Shown: positions 38,144-50,379 of the stretch, piece by piece
Layout of the letters: every line of letters starts with the position of its first letter
How positions within the stretch are numbered: position 1 is the stretch's first letter
DNA from: Tubulanus polymorphus
Lineage: Eukaryota > Animalia > Nemertea
Assembly (NCBI RefSeq): GCF_964204645.1
Contig: NC_134034.1
Span: forward strand, 8,134,962-8,198,961
Direction of reading: 5' to 3'
Length of the DNA: 64,000 nt
Made by a program: the position numbers and the translations under genes
Notes under the pieces: model-generated
What the model was told of the DNA's origin: nothing
Databases searched by the model: none
What the model saw: the letters and a program-made list of their open reading frames with translations, nothing else

Positions 38144-39873
38144 GTAAATTTTCACTTCACTTTCAAAGCATTGAAGTAATTGAGAAGTGGAGGGGGTATA
38201 CTGGAGTCAGCCTGTCCGTCTAGGCATCCAGGCACCCATCTTTGTTGTAATTCTGTGAAGATAAGTCTTTGTCTTTGCTTATATTTTGCTGAAATGTATG
38301 TGGTTTTGCACCTGTTATGTATTTTCAACTTGAGCGCGTAGCGATTGTTGATAGAATGGATTGATTTTTTGTAACTGATTTACTCCATAAAGCGGCAGCA
38401 GGTACAGGTCTACTGTTAGTACTGTAGTAGCCTCTAATAGTGATCGTCATGGCATTTTTATGCCCCCACATCGCGTTGTGGGGGGCATACTGTATTCACT
38501 TCATCATCCGTCCATCTGTCGGTCTGTCTCTCCGCAGTGGTTTCCGTGCCCTAGCAGCTAAACCCTTCAACAGATTTTTTTCAAATTCAAGAGTTGTGTT
38601 GTACTATATGAGGTTAGTAACCGAATAGATTTTGGGTCCTGTACATCAAAGGTCAAGGGTGCAGGAAGCCATTTTGTGAATTTCATCTCCGGGCCCTAAC
38701 TCATAAACGGTGTAAGATAACTTACTGAAATTCTTATGACCTAGGGACCGTGGGTAACTGTTTAGATTTTAGGTCCTGTGGGGGTAAGGTCAAGGTTGAA
38801 TGAATCATTAATTGAAGTCATTTTATTTATTTTCGCATAAGCGATCCGATTTGGAGCCTGATTAATAGTGTATGTATCAGTTATTGAGCAAACGCGCCAC
38901 GGTGTAGGTCGCACGTAACAACGATTTGTCTTGAGTGAAGACGTAAGCTACTTAAAGCTATCCTAGCGTGAAATCATTAAAAACCATTTTATTTCGTCAG
39001 TAACCAGCACTGGCCTCAAATTTGAAGAACTTGGGATCATCTGTCCTGATTGGTTTGTATATGATAATGAAAAAACCCCCGATGAAACCCAGGCTCTCAT
39101 CAAGTTTGTACCGTTTCTTAATGGGTCACTCATAGTTTTAGTTGTTTTACATCATTCAAGGGATGTATTAAAATTTTGAAAATTTGTTCAGACAAAAGGC
39201 CCAAAATCAATTTTTCGAAGATTTCATTCTCGTAAGGTCAGTTATCATTGAAAGTTCACACTGACCAAAATTGAGTCCTTTTCATATATTTTTTTCTTGT
39301 TTAATTTTCAATAAAATGAATTTTTTGCATATCGGTAGCCTACGTGACAGATTTTTTACTTCCCCACACCAGTTTGGCGAGCCACTGGACCATTGGTCCT
39401 TTATTGAGATTTTTTGTCTATTAGAAATTTAGTGAATCAACTTGTTACTAAAAATAGCCGATTAAAATTGTAGTTTTTTTTTACAGTAGCGATAGTAGTA
39501 TTTGCGGAAGTAAATGTTACGGAAGAACTATAAATGGGAAAACCCGGGCTAAAATAAAATGGGATGTCTGATTGGCTGATAGTGACATCTAAGCTGCGCA
39601 TGTAGCTGCACACTCGGTCTGGTGTGGCAGGGTTTCGTACCGTGGCAATCCCGATGCCATCAGGTTCGAATCCCTGCCGAGGAGGATGGGTATTCAAGGA
39701 ATATTTTAGATCGGATATCAGATTTTCTGAAAGGAACAAGACAACAAGTACAGTAGGGAGGCCATGTCCGCTGTGACTGCTGTATTAATTGGGGTTCCCC
39801 AATGATCTTTCCTAGGGCTCACATTATTTTCAATGACATCTTTGAGAGAGTGAATGACCCTAAATTTAGTTTT

Positions 39874-40165
39874 TTGCGTTCAATTTTCGTCCATCAGTTT
39901 GTTCGTCTGTCCATAGACAGAATCCAGTTATTTTGGGAAGTTTTTATGACACTTCGTCTTGATATTTGGGTTACACATGTAACCCTAGAGACATCTTCAG
40001 CCCAAAAACTGGCCTTTTCAGAATCAAGATGGCCGACTGGCAGCCATTGTTGTTCGCCCAAATCGGCACTTTTTACACACTTTTGAAGTTTTTTTAGGAA
40101 AATTTTGAAGACGCTTTGATCAATTACCTCGATCTTTGGTAAATATTTCATTTCCCCAAGGGCCC
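39874..40165 (+). mobile_element. HINE family 1, 5' fragment
   Basis: Matches 14638-14900; truncated next to a DIRS gag remnant. Confidence 0.7.
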
Positions 40166-40554
40166 AATACGCAATTATGGGGTGAACGTCGCCCCGGAAC
40201 GTTTTCTAAAGGCGCATATTTCCGTCGAGTACTGTACCCTTTCCTATGGTTTTTGCCAATATTTTCTAAATTTGGATTTATCGCCAATGGTTTTTCTATA
40301 CGACCCTGCCCTGCGGTATTGCATTTAGGCACCGGCGAAATCCGCCATCTTTTTTCTTGGCGTTCTCGCAGTAGAACGCGTTGGATTTTTTCGCCGTAAA
40401 AATCTGGGAATTAGGATATTAGGGAGTTTTCACTCTCATAACGGTGGGTCCGTTCGGTTTGGGGGTTATCCCTGATTTCTTTTTTTCCGTAAGAATTTTA
40501 TTTACAAATATAATTTGATTGAATTGAATTGTTTTGATTTGTAACAGGATAATT

Positions 40555-42745
40555 ATGCCACCCCCTCCTAAGGGTCAGCATCGTGGCGGGGAGGGATGCG
40601 GGCATTTGTTTGGCGCCTGGGACAACCACGATTCATGTGCGTCGTGCAGGCGCAAATCCGGTCAAATATGTGCAAGGAGCAATCCTTGCAATATTTGCGT
40701 CGTGTGGTCCGAGGACCTTTGGCTTCGGGCCGATAAGGCTCTTAAACTAAGAGATCGTCGTTGAGTTAGCAGGGATTCGTCGGTTTCGGCCGATGTGCCA
40801 ACCGACGTTTCTAATCCTGCGGTCGCCGGTCGTTCAGGTACGATCGGCTTCCCAACTCCGTTCACCGGGGAGGAACGCTGATTCACTGGTACCGGTCTCC
40901 GGTCATTCACCGGTCTCTGGTCGTTCTCCGGTTCGGCCGGTTCAGACTACATGTTCGGAACCGAGCGCGCGCCGCGGTAGTCGCGAACGGCCCGCACCCG
41001 TTCGGTCGGTACCGGTCCGGTCCGGGTCGGGCATCGGTCCGGTTCGGCGTCCGGTCCAGACGTCGTCCGGTTCAAAACATCCGGTACGTTCATCGTCTGA
41101 TTCTGATCGTCGCTCCGGGGATAGAGCTCGCTCTCCCACTAGATTTAGACGCCGTGAGCGTAATAAACGAGCAAGATCTCCTTCTCGCAGATCAAGGTTT
41201 GATTGCGAGAGGGACTACGATCGTTATTGTCGGAAGTTTCGCCGTCGGTCTTCTCATCGTTCGTCGACGTCGGTTAGCGATGAAAGCGATTCTTCTAGTA
41301 GGTCGCGATCCCGTTCGAGGGACCGTCACCGAAGGGATACTGGAAAATACCTGACTCAGAAGGATTTCCATGTATTTGAGGAGAAAATTTTAAACTTGTT
41401 ATCTTCGTCGCAACAAGTCGCTGCAACTTCTACAACAGGTAAGCCTATTCCTGATTGTCCGGTTAGAAGTTTGCCAGCCCACTCAGTTTTTCGGAATTGT
41501 GACTCTGAATTCCTGGAGGCTGCGGTAGGGTCTGATTTCAATGAGGATCCGGTCCCAGAGGCGGCAATTCCTTCTGAGGTCGTTCCTGTCGCAAGCAATT
41601 GTGGGTTGCCCCAGACGATGGGGGCTTCCCTGGCTCGCAATGTATCTCCGTCCCGTTCAGTTTTATCCGAACCAGCGGGGGACATGCCATTTAGAGCGAT
41701 GATAAGTGAGTTCTTTGTCAAGCACGGGGCAACTCGCGCTAAGTCCACAGCAGCTCCTCTGGTCGGTGAGTCAATGGAAGCTTATCGCCCTCCGGACTCC
41801 GATCTTAACATTTTACGGGAATCGTCAGCGGTTTCGAGAGAATGGGCTCGATTGGATACGCAATTATGGGGTGAATGTCGGCCTGGAACATTTTCATTTC
41901 CCCCTCCAGAACGGGGTATGAAATCTGGGAAATATTTTAGTTCAACCGATCCACCTATAGGCGCATTTCGCTCGGCGTATTACGCAACTCCAGGTGCTGT
42001 GGATCACAGTCATGACTGCCTGGATGCTGATTATACTTTGATCAGCCCGGATACTGTTACAGCACAGTCGGGTATTCGTTTGCCTAAGTCCGGTTCGGTG
42101 GCCATGACGTCAATCCTGGACAATCTTACCAGGGTTGGTTCGTTTCAAGATATGGCACTTAAGGTGTTGACGGGTGAGCTTCGCGAGACTCACGCCGCCG
42201 TTCATGCGCGCTCCGACCCAGAGTCAGTTGCCCTAAAACTGGAGGGAATGGACCGGATTATCCAATCTTTGGCTCGGTCTGTTTCGCATGTAATTCCGTA
42301 GTCGGTTCGGGGTCAGGCTAATCTGGTGTTAGCCTCCCGTCAGTCAGTGATGGACTCCAGTGCCAAAACTCGTCTACCGGATATGGTGTCCAATGCTTTG
42401 CTGAGAGCCCCATTGGGGACGTCTTCACGTCTCTTCTCCGGTTGGTGCGCTCCGGTTTCCGCAGAGCTGAGGAAGATTCGGGAGGTTCAGGCCAAGTCCA
42501 ACCCCCGAACTCCGTGGAAAAAGCGTTCTGGTCCGACGCCGGCGGCGCAAGGTTCGGCACGGACGCAAACAGGACCATCTCAAACTTCAGCGCTTTCTCA
42601 GGCGGCTTCGGATGCCGGTTGGAGAACTAGCGCGCAACTTCAACAATCGTGTCAAGCTTCGTCCGGTCGTAACAGTTCCGGTTCGTATCGAGGCAAGGGG
42701 AAGGCTCCAAAAAGGGGCTCTTCCTTTCGGAAAAACTCGAAATGA
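40555..42745 (+). pseudogene. DIRS gag-like ORF1 (Cys/His finger, RS-rich region), with 2 stops and a frameshift
   Basis: CGH...HDSCASC...C...PCNIC..W N-terminus; stops at 40762 and 42299; ORFs 40793 and 42326 are in the same frame. Confidence 0.8.
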
Positions 42746-44782
42746 ATTCTTGGGACCAGTGGGAGGTTGTCTGCAGCAGGCAGCAACCCACTGGTCCGAC
42801 CTCTTTGGAGACAGTTGGCCCTCCCGGGTCGTCTCTCGTGGCTACCGTCTCCGTTTCCTAAGGCGACCGCGCCTGATGAGGTCACCTCCCGACATGCGGC
42901 CAAAACCAGGTCAGGAGGCCTTAATCTCTCCGGCTCTCAAGGAACTGGCAGAGAAGGGAGCGATAGAACCAGTTTGCAACGAAACTTCTCCCGGCTGGTT
43001 TTCTCGAATATTCATGGTACCAAAGGCCACAGGGGGTCAACGGACAGTGATAGATCTGTCATCCCTCAATCGGCACCTAGACATTCCAAGGTTCCGGATG
43101 ACCAAGCCCAAGGACGTGATTCAAGGGCTCCGTCCGGGTCAATGGGCGGCTTCATTGGACCTGAAAGATGCTTACTTTCAGGTTCCAATTCACCCAAAAT
43201 CTCGGCGATTTCTCAGGATAAAGTGGAAAGGCCGCCAGTTCCAATTCAGGTCTCTTCCATTTGGCCTCAGTACGGCCCCGTGGGTTTTCACCAAGTTGTT
43301 CAAGTCAGTTCAGAAGGTACTTCAGTCAAGGGGTGTTCGACTGTTCGTTTACCTCGACGACTGGTTAATAGTCGCGAATTCGGCTCAGGAATGTCGGGAG
43401 GCAATGACCTCAGTCTTGGACTTAGTCCATCAGCTAGGGTTCCGCGTAAACAGGGAAAAATCTCAGTTGACGCCGGCCCAACAGTTCACTTATCTCGGCA
43501 TGGACTTCGATCTCCGAATCGGCAAAGTCTTTCCGTCTATGGTTCGAGTGGCCAAACTTCAAGAAGCTGTAGCAGGAGTGTTCACAACCCCGAGAACAGC
43601 TCGTTACTGGTCACGGCTTCTAGGCTCCATCAGCTCCATGGGTGTAGTGGTGCCCTTAGGCCGCCTCAGAAGCAGGCGCTTGCAACAATATTGGAAGGTC
43701 TTCTGGTCTCAGTCGAAGGGCAACTGGGAGGCCTTGATTCCCGTACCTCCAACCGATCTAAGTCCGGATCTTCAGTGGTGGGCGGCCACTACGAATCTTC
43801 GGCTCGGGGTGTCACTAGCCCCGTTAGAGGCTCCAGTTCGTGTATTCACGGATGCCAGTCACCAAGGATGGGGGGCACATCTGGAGAACCGAGTCAAAGC
43901 CGGGAAATGGTCTCGCTACGAGGCCACCAACCACATAAATTTCCTAGAAATGCTGGCCGTGTGGAAGGCCCTGAAGTTCTTTCACAGGAGAGTGGAGGGC
44001 CACCACGTTTGGTTAGCCACAGACAATTCAACAGTGAGGGCTTACCTTCAGAACCAAGGGGGCACTCACTCAGAAACCCTCACAGGTCTGTCGGCCAAAA
44101 TTCTTCTTTGGTGCCAGACAAAGGGCGTGTCCCTGACTGTGGCACATTTAGCAGGGAAAAGGAACGTGATGGCCGATGCTCTGTCTCGTCGAGGTCAGGC
44201 TATTGCGACAGAATGGGTTCTCCACCAAGAAGTAGCCGATCGGGTTCGGGGCATTTTTGGCAATCCGCTGCTGGATCTGTTTGCCACCCGGTTCAATCGG
44301 AGGTGTCCTCTGTTTGTGTCCCCGATTCCAGACGCGGAAGCGTGGGGGTCGATGCCTTCTCTCTGGACTGGTCGGGGATGCATGCGTTTGCGTTCCCGCC
44401 CACACCAGTCCTGCCGCGCTTACTGGATCAAATAGAGAGATCAGTCAATTGCAACATAGTTCTGGTAGCACCATGTTGGCCGGCTCAGAAATGGTTCCTA
44501 CCACTTCTCAACCTACTGTGCGACAACCCCAGGATTCTCCCGAATTTCCCATCGCTTCTGTCTCAGGGGATCTTTCGGCATCATCCAAACAGCCAGTGGT
44601 TAAATATGCTCGCCTGGCCATTGTCCAGCGATCCTTGTCAGCTTCAGGCTTTTCAGAACAGGCTGCCTCCTTTATCGCAGGATCTAAGCGGCCATCAACA
44701 AGTACCATTTACGATGCCAAATGGAGTCATTTTGCGGATTGGTGTGCTGCAGGGGAAATTGATCCATGGTCACCCTCTGTAG
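42612..44782 (+). pseudogene. DIRS pol: RT, RNase H and adenine-methyltransferase-like domain (1-nt frameshift near 44345)
   Basis: LDLKDAYFQ, LPFGL, YLDDW, FTDAS, HINFLE, TDN, ADALSR, DLFAT; then in the shifted frame DAFSLDW...AFPP...LVAPCWPAQKWF. Confidence 0.92.
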
Positions 44783-45693
44783 CTCAATTGGCAGATTTTT
44801 TACTGCACCTATTTGTAGTAAAAGGTTTACAGGTCATAACTATTAAAGGTTACCGCTCCGCGATTTCTCATACATTGCGTGCTTCTGGATGGCCAAATGT
44901 AGCAGGGGATCATCGGATATCCCAGCTGGTTGCTGGGTTTTCTATTTCCCGGCCTCGGGTAACAAGGACAGTTCCACCATGGGATCTGTCTGTAATTTTG
45001 AAGAAGTTAATGGAGGCTCCATTTGAACCTCTTTCGGCAGCGTCATTTGCAAATTTGTCAAAAAAGACTGTATTTTTGCTGTTCTTGGCTTGCTCGGCCC
45101 GTCGCTCTGAGATTCATGCGCTTTCAGTCCGACAAGGTCATATTGTCTTTGGGCCAGCGAATGAATTTGTTTCGCTGCGGCCTGCTTTGGAATTTTTGGC
45201 AAAGAACCAACGACCAGGCTCGGTTGGGCGGTAATGGCGAATTGAAGCCCTAAAACATCGAGTGGAACCGGGCATCCCGGACAGGACTTTATGTCCTGTG
45301 CGGGCGTTGTGTTTCTATTTAGATCGCTCTGCTTCACGGAGGGGTTCACGGGAGCGGTTATTTATTCCGCTGCTGGATCACCTAAAGGGGGATATTTCGC
45401 GGGACACAGTAGCCTGATGGGTCTCTTCAATGATCAAGGACATTTTATTGAAGGAGAATCTTTCCTCGGAGGGAGTCGTTTCTCATCAAGTGAGGTCTAT
45501 GGCTACTTCCTGCGCAGCCTTTTCGGGTGCTCCGTTGGAGGAAGTCTGTCGGGCCGCCTTTTGGAATTCACCGTCGACATTCACGTCATTTTATTTACGG
45601 GATGTTTCAGGCCAGTTAGGCTCATTAGCTTCACTTGGTCCTGTTGTCATGGCTCAAGGTGTCCGTTCTTTCCGATCGGACCCTTTAGTGTAG
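44600..45693 (+). pseudogene. DIRS tyrosine recombinase domain (two in-frame stops)
   Basis: ARRSEIHAL, LCPVRAL, HQVRS and W..PSTFTSFY in one frame, with TAA at 45232 and TGA at 45415. Confidence 0.9.
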
Positions 45694-45952
45694 AATATTT
45701 ATGTTGCATTATCAGGATCACTGGGGGTGTATCCTTGTACATAGTTTGGGCTCATATCTGCAAGTATTAATTTCGCAAAATTCTGGGCGGGGCCCCTGAG
45801 CTGGACGGACTCACTGTGGCCAACCGGTCTTCCCTGTGCTACAGTGCTCCATTCCGTGCTTGGGTAAGTGCTCTCTTTTTCCCTCTTACCTTGCGTTTGA
45901 GCGGTGGTTTTTCTATCTACCTTTCCCACCATCCTTGTGCTAGGCTAGTCTA

Positions 45953-46050
45953 GCAAAAACCATAGGAAAGGGTACAGTACTCGACGGAAATATTACAATT
46001 TTCGGAACTAAATTTTGTATTTCCGAGTAGTACTTACCCTTTCCTATGGT
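45953..46050. repeat. DIRS internal complementary region (ICR)
   Basis: GCAAAAACCATAGGAAAGGGTACAGTACTCGACGGAAA followed by TATTACAATTTTCGGAAC...TACTTACCCTTTCCTATGGT. Confidence 0.92.
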
Positions 46051-46404
46051 GGGAATCCCACCCACCTGCCCCGCATAGCTGTTTTTTTTTGGTCTGCTAT
46101 GACGTAAAAAGATGGCGGATTTCGCCGGTGGCTAAATGCAATACCGCAGGGCCGGGTCGTATAGAAAAACCATTGGCGATAAATCCAAATTTAGAAAATA
46201 TTGGCAAAAACCATAGGAAAGGGTAAGTACTACTCGGAAATACAAATTTTAGTTCCGAAAATTGTAATTTTGCTCGGCATATTATGCAACTCCAGGTGCT
46301 GTGGATCATAGTCATAGCTGCCTGGATGCTGATTATATTCTGATCAACCCGGATACTGTTTCAGCACAGTCGGGTATTCGTTTGCCTAAGTCTGGTTTGG
46401 TGGC

Positions 46405-47300
46405 AATACATGAAATTTGTATTATTGACCTTCTCAGTGTAGAAGGGACCCCAAACTTCACAGCAGTACGTTAGAATTGGTACCACAGAGATATTAGACA
46501 GTTTCAAAGCCGTGGCAACATTATCTCTCAGGTCAAAAGTTTTAATCTTAAAAAGTGCCTTACGGGCTTGGTCAGTTAGGTGTTCACACGCCTTCTTAAA
46601 ATTACTCTTGGCAGTGAAAATTATTCCAAGGTAGCAGTAATTGTCGACTACTTCGATGGGTGTATTTTCATATTTGAAGACGTGATTGTCTATCTTACGT
46701 TCAAGCATATTAAAAATGATCACATTTGTTTTTGAAAGATTATCTGTTAGTTGCCATTTTCCACAGTAAGTTCCAAGGTTATCTAGTGCATATTGTAGAC
46801 CTACTTTGGATTTTGATAAAATAACTAGATCGTCTGCATAAAGAAGACAGCTGATGGGGTTATTGTACAACATAAAAGGTTGACAACTATCGTTAAAAAT
46901 TTTGCGTTGGGCGTGTATTTTTATTCAATTCAAGGATGATAAAATCTGGAAATTGCGAGTATAATAATATCTTGTATGTATTAATCGTGTAATAAGGGAC
47001 TAAGAATTAATGAAGTGATTAGATTTAGAATAAAAGATTGTTGTTTGAAGAGTTTGTTCAGCATATCGTCAGTTGGTGGTTTTAATTCGGTAATCTATTC
47101 GATTGCAATCCAAATTAATTTGTAGTTAGTATAATATTTTTGACAATATTCACTGAATGATTTGATGGTGAACCAAAGGGCCATTGGACCTTTATTGGGT
47201 CTGCGTTGGTGTAAAAAGAGGCGGATTTTGCTGGTGGTTAAATGCAATACCGCAGGGCCGAGTCGTGAATGCCCTGTAATGAATTAGAATTTGAATCAAT
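46405..47300. repeat. Deleted tandem duplicate of 47410-47905 plus 49693-50091
   Basis: Near-identical sequence in both blocks; ORF 46361-46873 repeats part of ORF 47300-48313. Confidence 0.9.
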
Positions 47301-49577
47301 TACCCGAGCTCACCCATACTTGCTGCGTTGGTAGCATTCTTATGCACACCTAACAAATATTTACAAAAGTTTACATTAATTTTCTCGGCTGGTAAAATAT
47401 TACAAATAGACATAAAATTTGTATTATTGACCTTCTCAGTGTAGAAGGGACCCCAAACTTCACAGCAGTACGTTAGAATTGGTACCACAGAGATATTGAA
47501 CAGTTTCAAAGCCGTGGCAACATTATCTCTCAGGTCAAAAGTTTTAATCTTAAAAAGTGCCTTACGGGCTTGGTCAGTTAGGTGTTCACACGCCTTCTTA
47601 AAATTACTCTTGGCAGTGAAAATTATTCCAAGGTAGCAGTAATTGTCGACTACTTCGATGGGTGTATTTTCATATTTGAAGACGTGATTGTCTATCTTAC
47701 GTTCAAGCATATTAAAAATGATCACATTTGTTTTTGAAAGATTATCTGTTAGTTGCCATTTTCCACAGTAAGTTCCAAGGTTATCTAGTGCATTTTGTAG
47801 ACCTACTTTGGATTTTGATATAATAACTAGATCGTCTGCATAAAGAAGACAGCTGATGGGGTTATTGTACAACATAACAGGTTGACAACTATCGTTAAAA
47901 ATTTTGGTTGAATCTGATATAAAAAGGTTGAAGAGCAACGGACTTAGCACACAACCTTGTTTTACTCCTACTTTCGAGAAGCTAGGGGTTATACCTTCCT
48001 GTAGTTTTACAGCATATTTCACCTCCGAGTACATACTTTCAATAACTGATAACACGTTCCCGTCGATACCCATATTGAGGAGCTTAAAAATTAAAGCTCT
48101 CCTAGGGATAGAGTCAAATGCTGACTTGAAATCAACGAAACAACAATATACATTAGTACTGCAAAGTTTGTTAACACGTTTATCAATTATTGTTTTTAGA
48201 GTAAGTATATGATCTGAAGTACGAGCACCTTTCTTGAAGCCAATCTGACGGTTTGGGATAAGGTTGTTTTTTTCTACAAACACTGATAATCCGTTATACA
48301 ATATTGCTCCCAACTGCTATACCCCTATAATTTTCAGGGTTTGGGGCATCACCTTTTTTATATAAAGGGGTTAAAGTATTGCATCTCCAAGCAACCGGGA
48401 ATTTTCCGCTATAAAGGATTTTATTGAAAGCTTTCTTAAGTGCTGGCCAGAGAATATAGTGTCCAGCTTTCAGCATATCATTTAATACAAGGTCAGTGCC
48501 ACTAGCTTTACCACTCTTAAGTTTGCAAATACTCTGCGAGATCTCCGATTCAGTTATAGAGAAATTAGTTTCACAGAAAATTTTGCCCCTGTTTTTAGTA
48601 ATAAAGTTTTCGATTTCTTCATCAGGTACCTTATGTAAGCTTGACACAGAACTGTTGACTAATGAGGTGAAATGCTCAACCCATTGAGAGGCGGTAATAT
48701 TACAAGTGGTCTTACAACTGTTTAAGTTTTTCAGTTCATTGAACAACGACCAGAAACTTTTAGGGTTACGGTTACATAGATTCTCCATCTGTTCTAGGAT
48801 ATTTGACTTGAAAACTTGTCTCTTCTTATATAAAAATTTCTTGTAGAGTTTGCATTTCTTTTTAAAATCAGCCAGCACGGTAGGGTTAAATGGATTTTTA
48901 TGAAGTTTATTACCAATTTCCCTGAGGTCTTTTCTCAGGGTCACACAATCTGAGTTGAACCATTTCTTGTTCCGAGGTTTGAGTTGTGGATTCTTGGTAC
49001 GTCTGGGGGTACGGGATGTACATTTTATCTTAGCAATATCAGCAGCGGTAATGAGCAAATTTGGGATATCATTAATAGTTTCAGCTTCATCTTTGTTGTC
49101 AGTAACTATATCTGACAGTTTAGAGAAGAGCATGGGGCTGTGAAGTGCAAATCGATACTTTTCACAGTCACCTTCACTCCAAATATATTTAGGTAGTGGT
49201 TTCAAAGGGCATCTAGCTTCAGTTTTATGAAAGAGACCAGTTTTAATTACAGATGTAACCAAACAGTGAATCGACATATCTGTTGGGGAATGCACAAATA
49301 GTAAGTCTATGTCATTAACCATGCCAAAAGGGCGAAGTACATAGTCAATAACGCTAGGAGACCCCACGTGGCTGTAGCACGTAAAATGTCCAGGATGAGA
49401 GAGTGCGACCATTTAAAATCCGAAGCCCGGTACCTTTACATAGCGACAATAGTTGTAGCCCACCTTCATCAACTGGACGTAAATTGCGATTCTGTCTAGG
49501 AACGCAAGTATCTCATATATAATTGGGAAGTGATGTGCTTAGTGGGGAAGCATCATCTAGACAAAAATCGGGCTGTA
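47300..49577 (-). mobile_element. RTE-X-like LINE fragment (EN end + RT)
   Basis: ORFs 48294-49412 and 47300-48313 contain NYRGI, DFKSAFD, GVKQGCVLSP, YADD, CEVWG and MGELG. Confidence 0.85.
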
Positions 49578-50379
49578 TATATATCGCTATCGTACTACGG
49601 AAATCCGTGCGAAGCGATCAATAGAGAACGTACAGCATATTTATCACACGCGTGCTCTTAAAAACAAACACAGATGAGGCTGGGAGAAGTCGTGCGTTGG
49701 GCGTGTATTTTAATTCAATTCAAGGATGATAAAATCTGGAAATTGCGAGTATAATAATATCTTGTATGTATTAATCGTGTAATAAGGGGCTAAGAATTAA
49801 TGAAGTGATTAGATTTAGAATAAAAGATTGTTGTTTGAAGAGTTTGTTCAGCATATCGTCAGTTGGTGGTTTTAATTCGGTAATCTTTTCGATTGCAATC
49901 CAAATTAATTTGTAGTTAGTATAATATTTTTGACAATATTCACTGAATGATTTGATGGTGAGCCAAAGGGCCATTGGACCTTTATTGGGTCTGCGTTGGT
50001 GCAAAAAGAGGCGGATTTTGCTGGTGGTTAAATGCAATACCGCAGGGCCGAGTCGTGAATGCCCTGTAATGAATTAGAATTTGAATCAATTGCCGAAAAA
50101 AGGCATGTTATATTGTCAAAAAGTGCACATAATATCGTCGAAAAGGGCACGTTAATGTGCCAAAAATTCCGAAAAGGGCTCCAAAAATAGTTTGAAAAAT
50201 CCTGTTGAGGTCAGAATTTATCTCCAAAAAGGGCACATTCAATCATATTACTGAAGTGCTCTATTAAAAAAAGGCACTAAAAATTCAGAAAAGGGCTCCA
50301 AAAATAGTTGGCTCAAAATCATGACTCAATAACTATCACATTCAAAAAAGGGCACGTTCAAATTGCAATAAATATTGAA

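Larger units (their letters stand above)
40217..46268 (+). mobile_element. Near-complete DIRS1-type tyrosine-recombinase retrotransposon (family A)
   Basis: ITRs ~40219-40352 and ~46107-46268. ICR 45953-46050 is the complement of the left end joined to the complement of the right end. Encodes gag, RT-RH-MT and YR. Confidence 0.95.

Noticed and set aside
40793-42301. RS-rich 502-aa ORF as a host splicing factor
   Set aside because: It lies inside the DIRS ITRs at the gag position, has no RRM, and is repeated in the second copy.
42767-44782. 671-aa ORF as a novel standalone protein or methyltransferase gene
   Set aside because: Explained by a 1-nt frameshift fusing the DIRS ORF3 N-terminus to the pol MT domain.
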